Assembly: GCA_965204535.1 (NCBI GenBank)
Contig: CBDBEV010000001.1
Coordinates: 64,001-128,000, forward strand
DNA from: a bacterium
Lineage (GTDB): Bacteria; UBA8248
Direction of reading: 5' to 3'
Length of the DNA stretch: 64,000 nucleotides
Shown here: in pieces, positions 47,362 to 57,439 of the stretch
Layout of the letters: the number at the start of each line of letters is the position of its first letter
Position numbering within the stretch: the first letter of the stretch is position 1
Translations under genes and position numbers: made by a program
Notes under the pieces: model-generated
What the model was told of the DNA's origin: nothing
Database searches by the model: none
Seen by the model: only the letters and a program-made list of their open reading frames with translations

Positions 47362-47745
47362 ATGCTGGAGGGAATGCACCACATATCCATCAGCGTTGAT
47401 GACCTGGAAGAAGCGCGTGATTTCTACGCCGGTTTGCTGGAACTCGCGGAAATCGATCGTCCGGACCTACCGAATCCGGGCTACTGGTTCCAGGCGGGCG
47501 CATGTCAGCTTCATCTGACGGGACGCCGAGACCGGGCGAGCGAAAAGAGCATTCCGGGCACAGGGGCGGGTGAAACGCATTTCGCCTTCGCGGCGTCTGA
47601 CTTGGAGCCCGTGAAGCGAAGGCTCGAAATCGCGGGCGTGGACGTGAAAGACGGCATCAACGCCGGGCTGGGTTTGCGGCAGCTTTTCTTCAGAGACCCC
47701 TCGGACAACCTCGTGGAAGTGTTCTGCACGCTGGACGAATTTTGA
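47362..47745 (+). CDS. VOC/glyoxalase family protein
   Basis: HHISISV, QLHL, HFAF and FFRDPSDNLVEV motifs. Confidence 0.87.
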   Translation: MLEGMHHISISVDDLEEARDFYAGLLELAEIDRPDLPNPGYWFQAGACQLHLTGRRDRASEKSIPGTGAGETHFAFAASDLEPVKRRLEIAGVDVKDGINAGLGLRQLFFRDPSDNLVEVFCTLDEF

Positions 47746-47821
47746 AGACAACCACGGGAAACTAACTGAGCGAGTTGCATCGCGGCCGGCGCGGCCTGTG
47801 AACAGGAAAGAGGGGCACACC

Positions 47822-48985
47822 ATGGAAAGCTTGGATCTCGATGAATCATCGCGGCGTCTGCCGGTTTCGGTGCTGACCGGCTTCCTTGGCAGCGGCAAGA
47901 CCACCGTGCTCAACCATCTGATCCAGCAACCCGCACTGAGCCGGACACTCGTGCTCATCAACGAGTTCGGCGAGATCGGCCTCGACCACGACCTCGTGAC
48001 GTACAGCAAAGATGACGTCGTCATCGAGATGTCGAGCGGCTGCCTCTGCTGCACCATCCGGGGCGACCTTGCCAAGACCTTGCGCGAGGCCCCCGGACGC
48101 TTTGCGCGCAGGGGCGAGCTATGGTTCGACCGGGTGGTTATCGAGACCACCGGGCTCGCGGATCCGCCCCCGATCCTTCATACCTTGATGAACGAACCGG
48201 ACGTCGCGTGGCGCTATCGCCTGGACGGGGTGATCTCCACAGTCGATGCGGTCAATGGCGGCGACACGCTCGATCGCCAGATCGAGTCGGTCAAGCAGGC
48301 GGCAATGGCCGATCGCCTGCTGATCACAAAAGCTGATCTCGTCGACCCCGATACACTGCGCAGATTGCAGGACCGTCTGCGGGCCTTGAACCCCGCCGCC
48401 CCTCAAATAATCGCAGAGAAAGGTTCCGCCGATCCGGCGTTGCTGTTCGACGCCGGTCTTTACGACCCGAAGACCAAAAGCCTCAACGTGCAGAACTGGC
48501 TCAAGGCGGAGGCTTATGCCGAGTCGCACGAACATGAACACGGAACGGCCGGCCACGGCCACACACACCAACATGACCACACACACCAACATAACGACGT
48601 CAATCGCCATGACGCTCACATCAAGGCGTTCTGCCTCACGATCGATGAGCCGATCCATGGCGATGCGCTCGATCTCTGGCTCGAAGCGCTACTCCTGCTC
48701 CGGGGCGCGGACTTTCTGCGAACCAAGGGAATCATCAATGTCGTCGATCTCGATGGACCGGTTGTTATTCACGGCGTCCAGCACATCGTCCACCCGGCGG
48801 TCATGCTGAAGGAATGGCCGAGTGAAGACCGCCGCTCCCGGATCGTCTTCATCACGCGCGATATAGACGAATCCGCGCTCCGAGACACGCTGAAGATTTT
48901 CGAGACCAGCAAAGCCCGGCAGCCGAAAATCCTACCCGTCGAGTCGGACGACAGCGACGCCGCCATCTCCGAGGTGCGGAGATGA
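47822..48985 (+). CDS. CobW/COG0523 GTPase metallochaperone with His-rich insert
   Basis: [27 protein letters not shown] motifs and a [16 protein letters not shown] tract. Confidence 0.93.
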   Translation: MESLDLDESSRRLPVSVLTGFLGSGKTTVLNHLIQQPALSRTLVLINEFGEIGLDHDLVTYSKDDVVIEMSSGCLCCTIRGDLAKTLREAPGRFARRGELWFDRVVIETTGLADPPPILHTLMNEPDVAWRYRLDGVISTVDAVNGGDTLDRQIESVKQAAMADRLLITKADLVDPDTLRRLQDRLRALNPAAPQIIAEKGSADPALLFDAGLYDPKTKSLNVQNWLKAEAYAESHEHEHGTAGHGHTHQHDHTHQHNDVNRHDAHIKAFCLTIDEPIHGDALDLWLEALLLLRGADFLRTKGIINVVDLDGPVVIHGVQHIVHPAVMLKEWPSEDRRSRIVFITRDIDESALRDTLKIFETSKARQPKILPVESDDSDAAISEVRR

Positions 48986-49239
48986 CGCTGCGCCTGACCA
49001 ACACCATGAAGCGAACGAAAGAGCCGTTTGTGCCGGCGAAACCCGATCACGTCGCGATGTATGTCTGCGGGCCAACCGTCTACAACTTTGCGCACATCGG
49101 CAATGCCCGCCGCCTACCGCAACGACCGGCCATTTATCCACCACCGGAAGTCATCAAGGCGTCGGATTTTCCGAAATAGCAGGGCGAGGAATACGAGCGC
49201 CTGATCGAGAAAACCCGGGCGCGGGTTAAAGCCGCCTGA
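48982..49239 (+). pseudogene. cysS: Truncated cysteinyl-tRNA synthetase 5' end joined to a degraded PotD/PotF-like 3' end
   Basis: [16 protein letters not shown], then similarity stops near 49110; it continues as [36 protein letters not shown]. Confidence 0.8.
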
Positions 49240-49258
49240 TGGATACAGGGATGCCTCC

Positions 49259-49687
49259 ATGAAGAACAACAGATTTCACCTGGCCGGGGCCGTGCCCTGG
49301 CGAATAACGGAAGATAAGTTGGAGATCCTCCTCATCACGGCGCGCGACAAGCCCCTGGACGAGGACAATTTCTGGTGGATAGTGCCCCAGGGCGGTGTGG
49401 AGCCGGGGCAGACCACCCAGGAGGCCGCCATCGCTGAAACATGGGAGGAGGCGGGCGTTCGCGGAGTCGCGTCGACAGAGCCCATTGCACGCTATGAATA
49501 CGACATCGGCGCGGGCAGGTGCAAAGTCGACATCTTCGAAATCGAGGTCGAGGTCGTCGAGGACGACTGGCCCGAGAGTCACGAGCGAAGGCGCGTCTGG
49601 CTCTCCCCCGAGGACGCCCTGGAGACCATTTCCGGGCATACGCTCAGGAGCGTCCTGGAAGAATTCCTGCGGAGAAAAGGGGATTAG
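49259..49687 (+). CDS. NUDIX hydrolase
   Basis: GGVEPGQTTQEAAIAETWEEAGV Nudix box; WPESHERRRVW. Confidence 0.9.
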   Translation: MKNNRFHLAGAVPWRITEDKLEILLITARDKPLDEDNFWWIVPQGGVEPGQTTQEAAIAETWEEAGVRGVASTEPIARYEYDIGAGRCKVDIFEIEVEVVEDDWPESHERRRVWLSPEDALETISGHTLRSVLEEFLRRKGD

Positions 49688-50379
49688 GCCTTACGTGCCG
49701 CAATGAGCACGCGGTTGTAGTGCAGATAAAGGGGCGCGGCGACAAAGCCTGTGGCCACCAGCCACCCGAGTTGCTCATCCAGACCTGCGGGGTAATCTCC
49801 CTTCGCGTCGTAGCGTTCTCGGTACTCGTGAAATGTCATCGGCTCATCCATTCGCCGGCTCAGACGATTCCACACGCATTCATATTCATCGGGCAGGTCG
49901 TCGAAGCGCGGCTCGATCCGATCCAGGATATAGAAAGCGCCTCCCGGACGCAGGAGTTCGAACACTTTTTCAAAGATCGCTTGTTTGCTCTCGTGGGGAA
50001 TTTCATGCAGCGCCTGGCTGCTGAAAACAGCCGCATATGGCGCATGGGGAAATTCGACCGCTTCCAGATCGTTCATGTCACCTAGAAGCGAAAGATATCT
50101 GCCCTCATGATCGCTCAGGCGCTCTGAGGCGAGCTTCCGCATTTCCTCAGAGCTATCGAGGCATACGACCCTGGCATGGGGGATGCGTTCGAAAATGAGG
50201 GTTTCCACCCGTCCCGAGCCTGCGCCCAAATCCAGCATCCAGCCATCGTCCGGCCTCACACCCTCGAGGAGGGAGATGAGCATATCGAGTTGATTCGCCC
50301 GGTCGGGATTGTCCCGCGCGGCGTTCACCGCGTCCCAGCTTTTGGCGAATTCCTCCTCCCCCCAGGCGTCTTTCGTCAT
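49684..50379 (-). CDS. Class I SAM-dependent methyltransferase
   Basis: LDLGAGSG, ALHE and LRPGG motifs. Confidence 0.87.
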   Translation of the reverse strand: MTKDAWGEEEFAKSWDAVNAARDNPDRANQLDMLISLLEGVRPDDGWMLDLGAGSGRVETLIFERIPHARVVCLDSSEEMRKLASERLSDHEGRYLSLLGDMNDLEAVEFPHAPYAAVFSSQALHEIPHESKQAIFEKVFELLRPGGAFYILDRIEPRFDDLPDEYECVWNRLSRRMDEPMTFHEYRERYDAKGDYPAGLDEQLGWLVATGFVAAPLYLHYNRVLIAARKA

Positions 50380-51755
50380 CAGGCGGCCTTACAAGCGTTC
50401 ATCAACGCGCTCGCATCCGGCGCCGCTTCGAACCCCATGACGGCCCCCACGGCGGAATCGACCTTGCTCTCGGGCAGGACGCGACTCGCGTTCCCCCGGA
50501 ACTTCGCCTCGACGTCCGCCCACTCCATCGGGTTCTCGGGATTGCCCCAGTTGACGGGCTCATCGCGCTCCAGGACACGGCCGTCCTTGAGCGCCATCCT
50601 CACGCCGCCGTGCAGGTATTTGGGGAACCTGTCCGATTCCACGCCTGTACACCTCACTTTCCCGGCCAGTTCGAGCACCTGCGCGTCGCCCAGATGTTCT
50701 TCCTCGAAATCATCGAGCGTGGCCCGGCCCTTCACCACGTTGACGGCCAGACAAAAAGGCAGGCTGAAAAGCGCCGCATACTGCGTGTTGGGCCTTCGCT
50801 TGTGCTCGATGGGCTCGCACACGATATGGAGGATCGGCTCGGGCGTGATGGTCTCGATCTCATCGATCTCATCAATGGATATCCCTGCCTCGCGCACCAG
50901 ATTCTTCGCCGCATCCATCGTCGCATGATTGAAATGGCAGCATGGATAGGGCTTGAACGAAATGCGCAGCGTCTCCCATCGTTCGCCAAGTCCGCCCGCC
51001 AGGATTTCCGCGTCATAGGCCGGGTCGCTCAAGTGCGTCGCATAGAGGCCGAATCTGCCCTCCAGAACTTTCCGGGGGCCCATGAACCCGTGGCCCGCCA
51101 TCTGCGCGGCGGTGACGCCCGCATGGGAAGCCCAACCCGGATGAAAGCGCTTGACCCAGCTTCCATCGTCGAGAAATTCCTGAATCCCCGCCGCCTGGCT
51201 CCCGCACACGCCGAACGCGTTGGCGATGACTTCGGGTGAGTGGTTCATCAGACGCCCCATGACGGCTGCTGCCCCGAAGGCGCCGCATATCGGCGTGGCG
51301 TGATAGCCCTCGGCGTGAAACGCCCCCGGCACTGCGCCCCCGATTCTGGCGATGACCTCATAGCCCGCCACCATGGCCGCCAGAATATCCCGCCCGCTTG
51401 CGCCGGCGGCCTCGCCCGCGGCCAGCGCCGTTGGCACCACGCAGGCGCTCATGTGGGTGATGGAATCCGTATGCGTATCGTCGAAATCAAGCCCGTGCAC
51501 GTAACTGCCGTTCACCATGGCGGCGTGCGCGACGGGCAGCCTGTCTCCGTAACGCCATACGGTGGCCTGGGGCGCGCCGCCCCAATCGCGCGCCGTTTTC
51601 GTCACCGCATCCGCGTAGGCCTCCCGTGTTGCAGCCAAGCCTATACCCAAAGCGTCCAACAGATGGAGCTTCGCCTTTTCGGTTACCTGCCCGGGAATGT
51701 CCTCAAAAGATAAGCCGGCGGCGAAGCGCGCCAGTTTGTCGCTCATCGTTTCCAT
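50379..51755 (-). CDS. MmgE/PrpD family protein
   Basis: HGLDFDD, KRFHPG, KPYPCCH and FSLPF motifs. Confidence 0.9.
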   Translation of the reverse strand: METMSDKLARFAAGLSFEDIPGQVTEKAKLHLLDALGIGLAATREAYADAVTKTARDWGGAPQATVWRYGDRLPVAHAAMVNGSYVHGLDFDDTHTDSITHMSACVVPTALAAGEAAGASGRDILAAMVAGYEVIARIGGAVPGAFHAEGYHATPICGAFGAAAVMGRLMNHSPEVIANAFGVCGSQAAGIQEFLDDGSWVKRFHPGWASHAGVTAAQMAGHGFMGPRKVLEGRFGLYATHLSDPAYDAEILAGGLGERWETLRISFKPYPCCHFNHATMDAAKNLVREAGISIDEIDEIETITPEPILHIVCEPIEHKRRPNTQYAALFSLPFCLAVNVVKGRATLDDFEEEHLGDAQVLELAGKVRCTGVESDRFPKYLHGGVRMALKDGRVLERDEPVNWGNPENPMEWADVEAKFRGNASRVLPESKVDSAVGAVMGFEAAPDASALMNACKAA

Positions 51756-51787
51756 GTTCGTCTCCTGATCCTGAATCAGACTCGGCC

Positions 51788-53152
51788 TTAGGCGAGATGC
51801 GCCACCAGGACGCCCATCGCCTCGATATCATCCAGACTCGAGGCGGCCTCCAACAAAGCGTCTTGTGCGTCGGGCGGAATCACGCCGCCCGTAATCTGTC
51901 TGAATTTCCCCGCCACCATGTCGAAATCCATCGGGTTCTGGGGCGAGCCCTTGGGACCGGCGACGCGGCTCTTGAGTTCGCGGCCGTCACGAGTGCGAAT
52001 AGCCACTTTCGCGGGAAAGGTTTTGGGGTAGAGTTTCTCGATCTCAGGGTCCACCGTGAAGCGCGCCCGACGCGCCAGCGCTACGAGCTCCGGGTCGGCG
52101 ATTCGATCTGGCGTGAACTGTCCCGGTCCCGCTTCCCCGTCGGTGAGCGCGACCGCGGCGCAATACTCGATGTTCATCTGCGCGCGCAGCGAACTCACCG
52201 GCTCATAACGCCAGGAGCACTGTTGCTTCACCACGCTGTGGTTCATGATCTCCATTTCCTGTACGTCATCGGGCGCGACACCATGCTCCCTGCGCAGGGC
52301 GAGAACCGCGTCGATGGTCGAATGCGTGCTGCCGCAGCAGCAATAGGGCTTGAAGGAGACACCCTCCGCCTCCCAATGATCACCCAAGCCTCTCGTCAGC
52401 GGCTCAGGGTCTCCGCAGCCGCTGAACGCCCGGATGAACCCGCCGTCTTCGTACTCGAAAATTTCCTTGGGGCCCGTATAGCCCCCCTCGGCCAAAGCGG
52501 CGGCCAGGAGACCGCTTTGGGCCGCGCGGCCCGCATGAAAACGCTTCGTCTCGGAGCCATCGCACTGAAAGGCCCATGTCCCCGCCCCCTGGGTTCCCGC
52601 GAGACCCAATGCGTTGGCCGTCTGCTCGGGGGTCAATTTCATCAGGTGCGCCGCTGCGGCGGCGGCTCCAAAGGGACCGCACAGGCCCGTGAGGTGAAAC
52701 CCCCGCCTGCGCACCTCCAGGCAGTTGGCGGCGATGCTCGCGCGGATCATCGTTTCATAGCCCACGGCGCAAGCGGTCATGAACATCCTGCCGTCCGCGC
52801 CCATCTTCTCGGCAAGTGGATACGCGGCGGCGAAGACCACAGCGCCCGGATGGAGCTTCGCGCCGCTGTGGTAATCATCGAGTTCGAACGCGTGCATCCA
52901 GGTGCCCAGGCAAAGCGCCACGGGCCCCACCGGCCCGCGCCAGACGCTCTTCCACATGGTGGCCTCCGCGCTTCCGCCTTGTTCCTGAATGAAGCGAGAC
53001 AGTATGCGCCCCGATTCGGTGGTCGTGCCGTAGAGGCCGCAACCGACCGCGTCCAGAAAATACTTGCGCATGCAGGCGCGCAGGTTATCGGATAAATCAC
53101 CATAGGAAGTTTCGCTGATGAATCGCGCGAGTTCACGCGTGTGGCCGTTCAT
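51788..53152 (-). CDS. MmgE/PrpD family protein
   Basis: HAFELDD, LHPG, KRFHAG and KPYCCCGSTH motifs. Confidence 0.9.
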   Translation of the reverse strand: MNGHTRELARFISETSYGDLSDNLRACMRKYFLDAVGCGLYGTTTESGRILSRFIQEQGGSAEATMWKSVWRGPVGPVALCLGTWMHAFELDDYHSGAKLHPGAVVFAAAYPLAEKMGADGRMFMTACAVGYETMIRASIAANCLEVRRRGFHLTGLCGPFGAAAAAAHLMKLTPEQTANALGLAGTQGAGTWAFQCDGSETKRFHAGRAAQSGLLAAALAEGGYTGPKEIFEYEDGGFIRAFSGCGDPEPLTRGLGDHWEAEGVSFKPYCCCGSTHSTIDAVLALRREHGVAPDDVQEMEIMNHSVVKQQCSWRYEPVSSLRAQMNIEYCAAVALTDGEAGPGQFTPDRIADPELVALARRARFTVDPEIEKLYPKTFPAKVAIRTRDGRELKSRVAGPKGSPQNPMDFDMVAGKFRQITGGVIPPDAQDALLEAASSLDDIEAMGVLVAHLA

Positions 53153-53159
53153 TTTGACC

Positions 53160-54035
53160 TCAATCCCTGGGTAGATATTCTGCTTCTATCGCATGATAGG
53201 CGTCATAATCCAGGAGTTCGTAAAGTTCTTTGCGCGTCATCATGTTGCCTAGATAATCCGACATCGTGCCCTTGGCTTTTAATTCGTCGAGCAGCAATTC
53301 GCCCGCCTTGAGCATCGCGCGCATGATGCTCACCGGAAACAGGACGAGCTTGTAACCCATCTCCCCGAAATCCGCTTTGGAGATATGAGGCGTCTTGCCG
53401 AACTCCGTCATGTTGGCGAGCAGCGGCCCCGGACAACGCTCGGCATACTCGACGAACTCATCGCGCGTTTCGAGCGCCTCGATGAATATGACGTCCGCCC
53501 CGGCTTCGAGCGCTGCATTGCCCCTTTCGACGGCTTCATCCATCCCGTGGACATATTTGGCGTCGATTCGCGCCATGACGGCGAAATCCGGGTCCGTTCG
53601 ATGATTCACGGCGGCGCGGATTTTTCCAATAAACTCTTCGCGGCTCACCACCTGTTTGCCGTCCAGATGGCCGCAGCGTTTGGGCAGCGCCTGATCTTCT
53701 ATCTGAATGCACGCAACGCCCGCCCTCTCGAAATCACGCACCGTACGCACGACGTTCACCGCGTTGCCGTAGCCTGTATCCACGTCCACCACCAGCGGGA
53801 CCTCCACGGCGTCGGCCATATACCTCGCATTCATGAGCACTTCGCTGAATGACGCCAACCCGTTGTCGGGCAACCCCGCCAGTGCGTTCACCACGCCCGC
53901 CCCGGACATATAGACGGCCTCGAATCCCTTGGAGGCGATGAGTCTGGCCGTCAGCGCGTCGTGCGCTCCGGGGATGATCGTCGCCCCCGGTCGTTCAAGA
54001 ATTTTTCTGAATTTTTTTCGTACCGAATCGGCCAT
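53160..54035 (-). CDS. prpB: Methylisocitrate lyase / ICL-PEP mutase family lyase
   Basis: YMSGAG, DVDTGYG, IEDQ..PKRCGHL and LANMTEFGKTP motifs. Confidence 0.82.
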   Translation of the reverse strand: MADSVRKKFRKILERPGATIIPGAHDALTARLIASKGFEAVYMSGAGVVNALAGLPDNGLASFSEVLMNARYMADAVEVPLVVDVDTGYGNAVNVVRTVRDFERAGVACIQIEDQALPKRCGHLDGKQVVSREEFIGKIRAAVNHRTDPDFAVMARIDAKYVHGMDEAVERGNAALEAGADVIFIEALETRDEFVEYAERCPGPLLANMTEFGKTPHISKADFGEMGYKLVLFPVSIMRAMLKAGELLLDELKAKGTMSDYLGNMMTRKELYELLDYDAYHAIEAEYLPRD

Positions 54036-54208
54036 ACGTCCTTTCTTCCCGGAAATAACGATAATTCAAACGATGATTTCGATTCTCGCCGAACCGCATC
54101 TTCTTCTTGATCTAAAACAACTTATCCGCCGTCCTGACCTCAAAGCAAGCACCCTTTATTCTTTCACATCAACCGGCGGCATCGCCATAGCACAAAGCCG
54201 ATTTTCCC

Positions 54209-54239
54209 TTGACAAACTGCCGACGAGAAGTGGCATAAT
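54209..54239 (+). promoter_or_regulatory. Possible sigma70 promoter for the TPR gene
   Basis: TTGACA-19 nt-CATAAT with an extended TG; spacer is long. Confidence 0.4.
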
Positions 54240-54277
54240 TTCAGCTGGCGTGGGGTTCGATCTTGGAGAGTAATGCG

Positions 54278-54814
54278 ATGACGGATGAAAACGAAGACGT
54301 GAGTTTCGACGAAAAGTATGAAGAAGAATCCAAGGTCAACTCCGACCTCAAGCGCGCTCTGGATCTTTTGAACCAGGGTGGCGTCGCCCACGCGAAAGGA
54401 GACCTCGACAAGGCCATCGAGTTGTACCGGGACTCCATCGCCTACTACCCCACAGCGGACGCGCACACCTATCTGGGCTGGATGTACAGCAAGCAGGGCC
54501 GACTCGAGGAGGCCATTGAGGAGTGCCACATGGCCATCGAGGTCGACGATGAGTTCGGAAACCCCTACAACGATATCGGCTGTTATCTCATGCAGTTGGG
54601 TGAACTCGACGAAGCGGCCGAGTGGCTCGAAAAAGCGAAGTCCGCGCCCAGGTACGAACCCCGCCATTTCCCCTACATGAACCTGGGGCGCATCCACCTT
54701 CAGAAAAAAGAATACGGCAAGGCGCAAGGGGAGATTTACGAGGCCATCATGCGCGCGCCCGAAGCGGAGGGTCTCAAAAAGAATTTTCTGGAACTGGTGT
54801 CGATGCTCAACTAG
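54278..54814 (+). CDS. Tetratricopeptide repeat protein
   Basis: Repeated AHTYLG / PYNDIG / PYMNLG TPR helices. Confidence 0.88.
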   Translation: MTDENEDVSFDEKYEEESKVNSDLKRALDLLNQGGVAHAKGDLDKAIELYRDSIAYYPTADAHTYLGWMYSKQGRLEEAIEECHMAIEVDDEFGNPYNDIGCYLMQLGELDEAAEWLEKAKSAPRYEPRHFPYMNLGRIHLQKKEYGKAQGEIYEAIMRAPEAEGLKKNFLELVSMLN

Positions 54815-54827
54815 AAATCAACCCACG

Positions 54828-54863
54828 AAAAAAGCCGGCCTCATGGGCCGGCTTTTTCTTTTT
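54828..54863. terminator. Bidirectional intrinsic terminator
   Basis: AAAAAGCCGGCC-TCATG-GGCCGGCTTTTT. Confidence 0.88.
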
Positions 54864-54875
54864 CGTGCTTAGGAC

Positions 54876-55328
54876 CTAGCCGGGAATCTTGTCCCTGCTG
54901 TCCTCTTCCATCCACTCGTTTTCCACATAGATGGTTTTGGCTGCGTCCCGGTTGGGGCAATTGCCGTACGTGAAGACGAGTTCGGCGTCCTCGGTTTCAC
55001 TCGGGTTGTAGAGACCGTGAATCTCGCCCGCCGCGCAATAGACGAACGTGCCCGAGGGCACCGTGTGCTCTTCCCTGTCCTCCCCCATCCAGACGATGAT
55101 CGGGCCCTTGACGATGTAGAACGTCGCATCGCAGACGTGGTAGTGCCTCTGGTTGCGGCCCTTGGGGGGAATGATGGTACGCCCCATCGTGATGGTCTGG
55201 GTGCCGGTGGCATTGCTGTCCACGCCCCACGCGATGATGAGGGGCGGCTCGTATTTCTTGTCTACGCCGATGGCCGTCGAATCGATGAGACACCAGCGCT
55301 GTTTCGTGGGTGCGGATATGGCTGACAT
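54876..55328 (-). CDS. Cupin domain protein
   Basis: RHYH...YIVKG...GEIHGLYN motifs. Confidence 0.85.
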   Translation of the reverse strand: MSAISAPTKQRWCLIDSTAIGVDKKYEPPLIIAWGVDSNATGTQTITMGRTIIPPKGRNQRHYHVCDATFYIVKGPIIVWMGEDREEHTVPSGTFVYCAAGEIHGLYNPSETEDAELVFTYGNCPNRDAAKTIYVENEWMEEDSRDKIPG

Positions 55329-55441
55329 GGGTGCTCCTTTGTATTGGAAACGATGAGAAAATCCCCGTTCTCTCGGAGGTGTGGCCTAATCTAGTCGTTC
55401 ACTTCCCAGAGCGCAAGAGCGGAGCCGATGTGGGCGAGGAT

Positions 55442-56455
55442 TCACCCTTCCAGGAACAGCTGAACCTCGCTCAGGAGTTCCATCCTGCGCTTTTCCAGTT
55501 CCATGAAATGCGTGCCGTCGTTGATGATGACGTAGCGCTTGCCCCGGCTGTTGCAGAGCGCCTTGTATAGCCCCCAGGCTTCCGGATCAGCCGAGGCGCC
55601 GTCCTGATCACCCCGGATGAGCAAAACGGGACACGTAATCTTGCCCGCGTCATAAAGCGGTATGTTCCTCGCCCTATCGTACAGATCAGCCAGCGAGCCG
55701 TTCGCCAGCCGAAACGCGGGTGCCTTGCGCCTGGTACCTTCCGGATCGTAGCGAAGCAGTTCGCGAAAATAAGCCTTGAGTACTCTGGGATCGCGCCATT
55801 TGTGATGGGCATCTCCCCGTATGTGACCCCACCAGCGCTGGTGCACATCTTTTTCCGTGCACCACGACCAAGCACCTCGCCTCACGTCGAATTCGCCGGG
55901 CTTTCGGGGGTCTTCCATCTGCTTCGCGCGCTGGGGGTTGTCATAGGCGTAATATGGCGCATAAAGAACGAGTTTATGCACCTGCTTCATATTATCGGCC
56001 GCATACGCCGGGTTCGTCGTCGTTCCCCAGGAACGGCCCAGGATGCCGAGTTTGTTCACCCCACGCCGTTCGTAAATGAAGTCGACCGCCGCCTTGATAT
56101 CCCTAACGGCCACCTTCCCCGGAATTGCTGGGGGCTTCCCCTTAGGGCTTTCGCGCATCTCCCTCGGCCAGGTCGATTCCCCAAAACCCCGAATCGAAAG
56201 CGCGAAGACGTCGAACCCGCGGGAAGCGATATAATCCATCCATGAATAGCCGGGAACCGGCAAGTCGTAGGCCACGGGGCCGGGCGCCATCCGCCCGTGC
56301 ACCATGAGGAGCGTGGCCTGATCCTCGAATTTCTTCTTGCCCCTGGGACGTTTTTCTCTCAGGTGCAAAGTGATGCCGGGGTCAAGCGAATCGATGTAGT
56401 GATCGATTCGCTCCACTCCTTTCTGAGCCAAATTCTTTCGTGGGGCAGCGCTCAA
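55442..56455 (-). CDS. Alpha/beta fold hydrolase
   Basis: MVHG, RGFGES, GRSWG nucleophile elbow, GDQD and GTH motifs. Confidence 0.87.
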   Translation of the reverse strand: MSAAPRKNLAQKGVERIDHYIDSLDPGITLHLREKRPRGKKKFEDQATLLMVHGRMAPGPVAYDLPVPGYSWMDYIASRGFDVFALSIRGFGESTWPREMRESPKGKPPAIPGKVAVRDIKAAVDFIYERRGVNKLGILGRSWGTTTNPAYAADNMKQVHKLVLYAPYYAYDNPQRAKQMEDPRKPGEFDVRRGAWSWCTEKDVHQRWWGHIRGDAHHKWRDPRVLKAYFRELLRYDPEGTRRKAPAFRLANGSLADLYDRARNIPLYDAGKITCPVLLIRGDQDGASADPEAWGLYKALCNSRGKRYVIINDGTHFMELEKRRMELLSEVQLFLEG

Positions 56456-56466
56456 ATCCAGATACC

Positions 56467-57414
56467 CTAATTTTTCAGGTGCGAATAATCCTGGTCATAC
56501 GCGGGCGGCAGTGCGCCTCCCTGGCCCTGAATGACGTGTAGCTTGCCCCATCCCCGGCCTGAATTGCGAAATCCGCGCTGTACGCCCGCGGGTGTCCAGC
56601 ACATGTCCCATGGACCGAGAACCTCTTGATACGAATCTCCTCTCTCATCGGTCCAGAACACCGTCCAGTCGCTCTCAAGAGGAATGAAGGCCTCTTCCAG
56701 GTCGGGGTGATCGTGCAGCGGAGCGCCGGAACCCACCCGGTTCTCGTTGATGACGAAGGAGAACTCTCCCTCCGACAGAGACGGGGGCGGACCCACGCCC
56801 TCGAGTTCACCGCCCACGTGTCCTATATAGCGGCGAATCCCCCGCACGCCCTCGGGCAGCGAGGTTTCATGATAGACCTGATAATTCTTGGGGCAATCAT
56901 CATAGCGCACCACCTGGGTGTGGGGATCGACGAAAGAAGCACTCTCGCTCGCCGCGTCCTCCCCATTTCCCTGAAACACGGGCGGCTCATACGCGCCGCG
57001 GCCATGTAGGTAGTAAAGAAATCCATCGTCATCCCCAATATTCCTGTAGCCGCGCATGACGCCGGCCGGCATCCGGATGGCGTCGTAAAGCCCGAGCTCG
57101 ACGTTTTTTATCTCTCTATCGCGCGGGTCGACCCAGAAGACTTCGAACGCTCCCTCCCACACCATGAAAACTTCCTCGAACCCATGGCTGTGGAGCGGCG
57201 CGCCGTTTCCGGGAGGCGCCATCACAATCCCGTTGGCGAATTCCCAGCCGGGGAGCGCCGCTTTGGGCTCTTTGTCGCGAGGTCCCCCGATATAGCGGTA
57301 AACGGCCCGGTGGTGCCCCTCCCCACGGGCATCGGGCGATGAATCCCAATCGGGCATGATCTCGGCGAAACGGATAATCGTTGTGGGTACGGCTCTGGAA
57401 ATATGTTTGGTCAT
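56467..57414 (-). CDS. Bicupin protein
   Basis: Two GAPLH(S/D)H..EE.F...PAGV.RG(Y/F)RN repeats. Confidence 0.85.
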   Translation of the reverse strand: MTKHISRAVPTTIIRFAEIMPDWDSSPDARGEGHHRAVYRYIGGPRDKEPKAALPGWEFANGIVMAPPGNGAPLHSHGFEEVFMVWEGAFEVFWVDPRDREIKNVELGLYDAIRMPAGVMRGYRNIGDDDGFLYYLHGRGAYEPPVFQGNGEDAASESASFVDPHTQVVRYDDCPKNYQVYHETSLPEGVRGIRRYIGHVGGELEGVGPPPSLSEGEFSFVINENRVGSGAPLHDHPDLEEAFIPLESDWTVFWTDERGDSYQEVLGPWDMCWTPAGVQRGFRNSGRGWGKLHVIQGQGGALPPAYDQDYSHLKN

Positions 57415-57439
57415 CTTCAAGCACCTCGCCGGTATCAGG

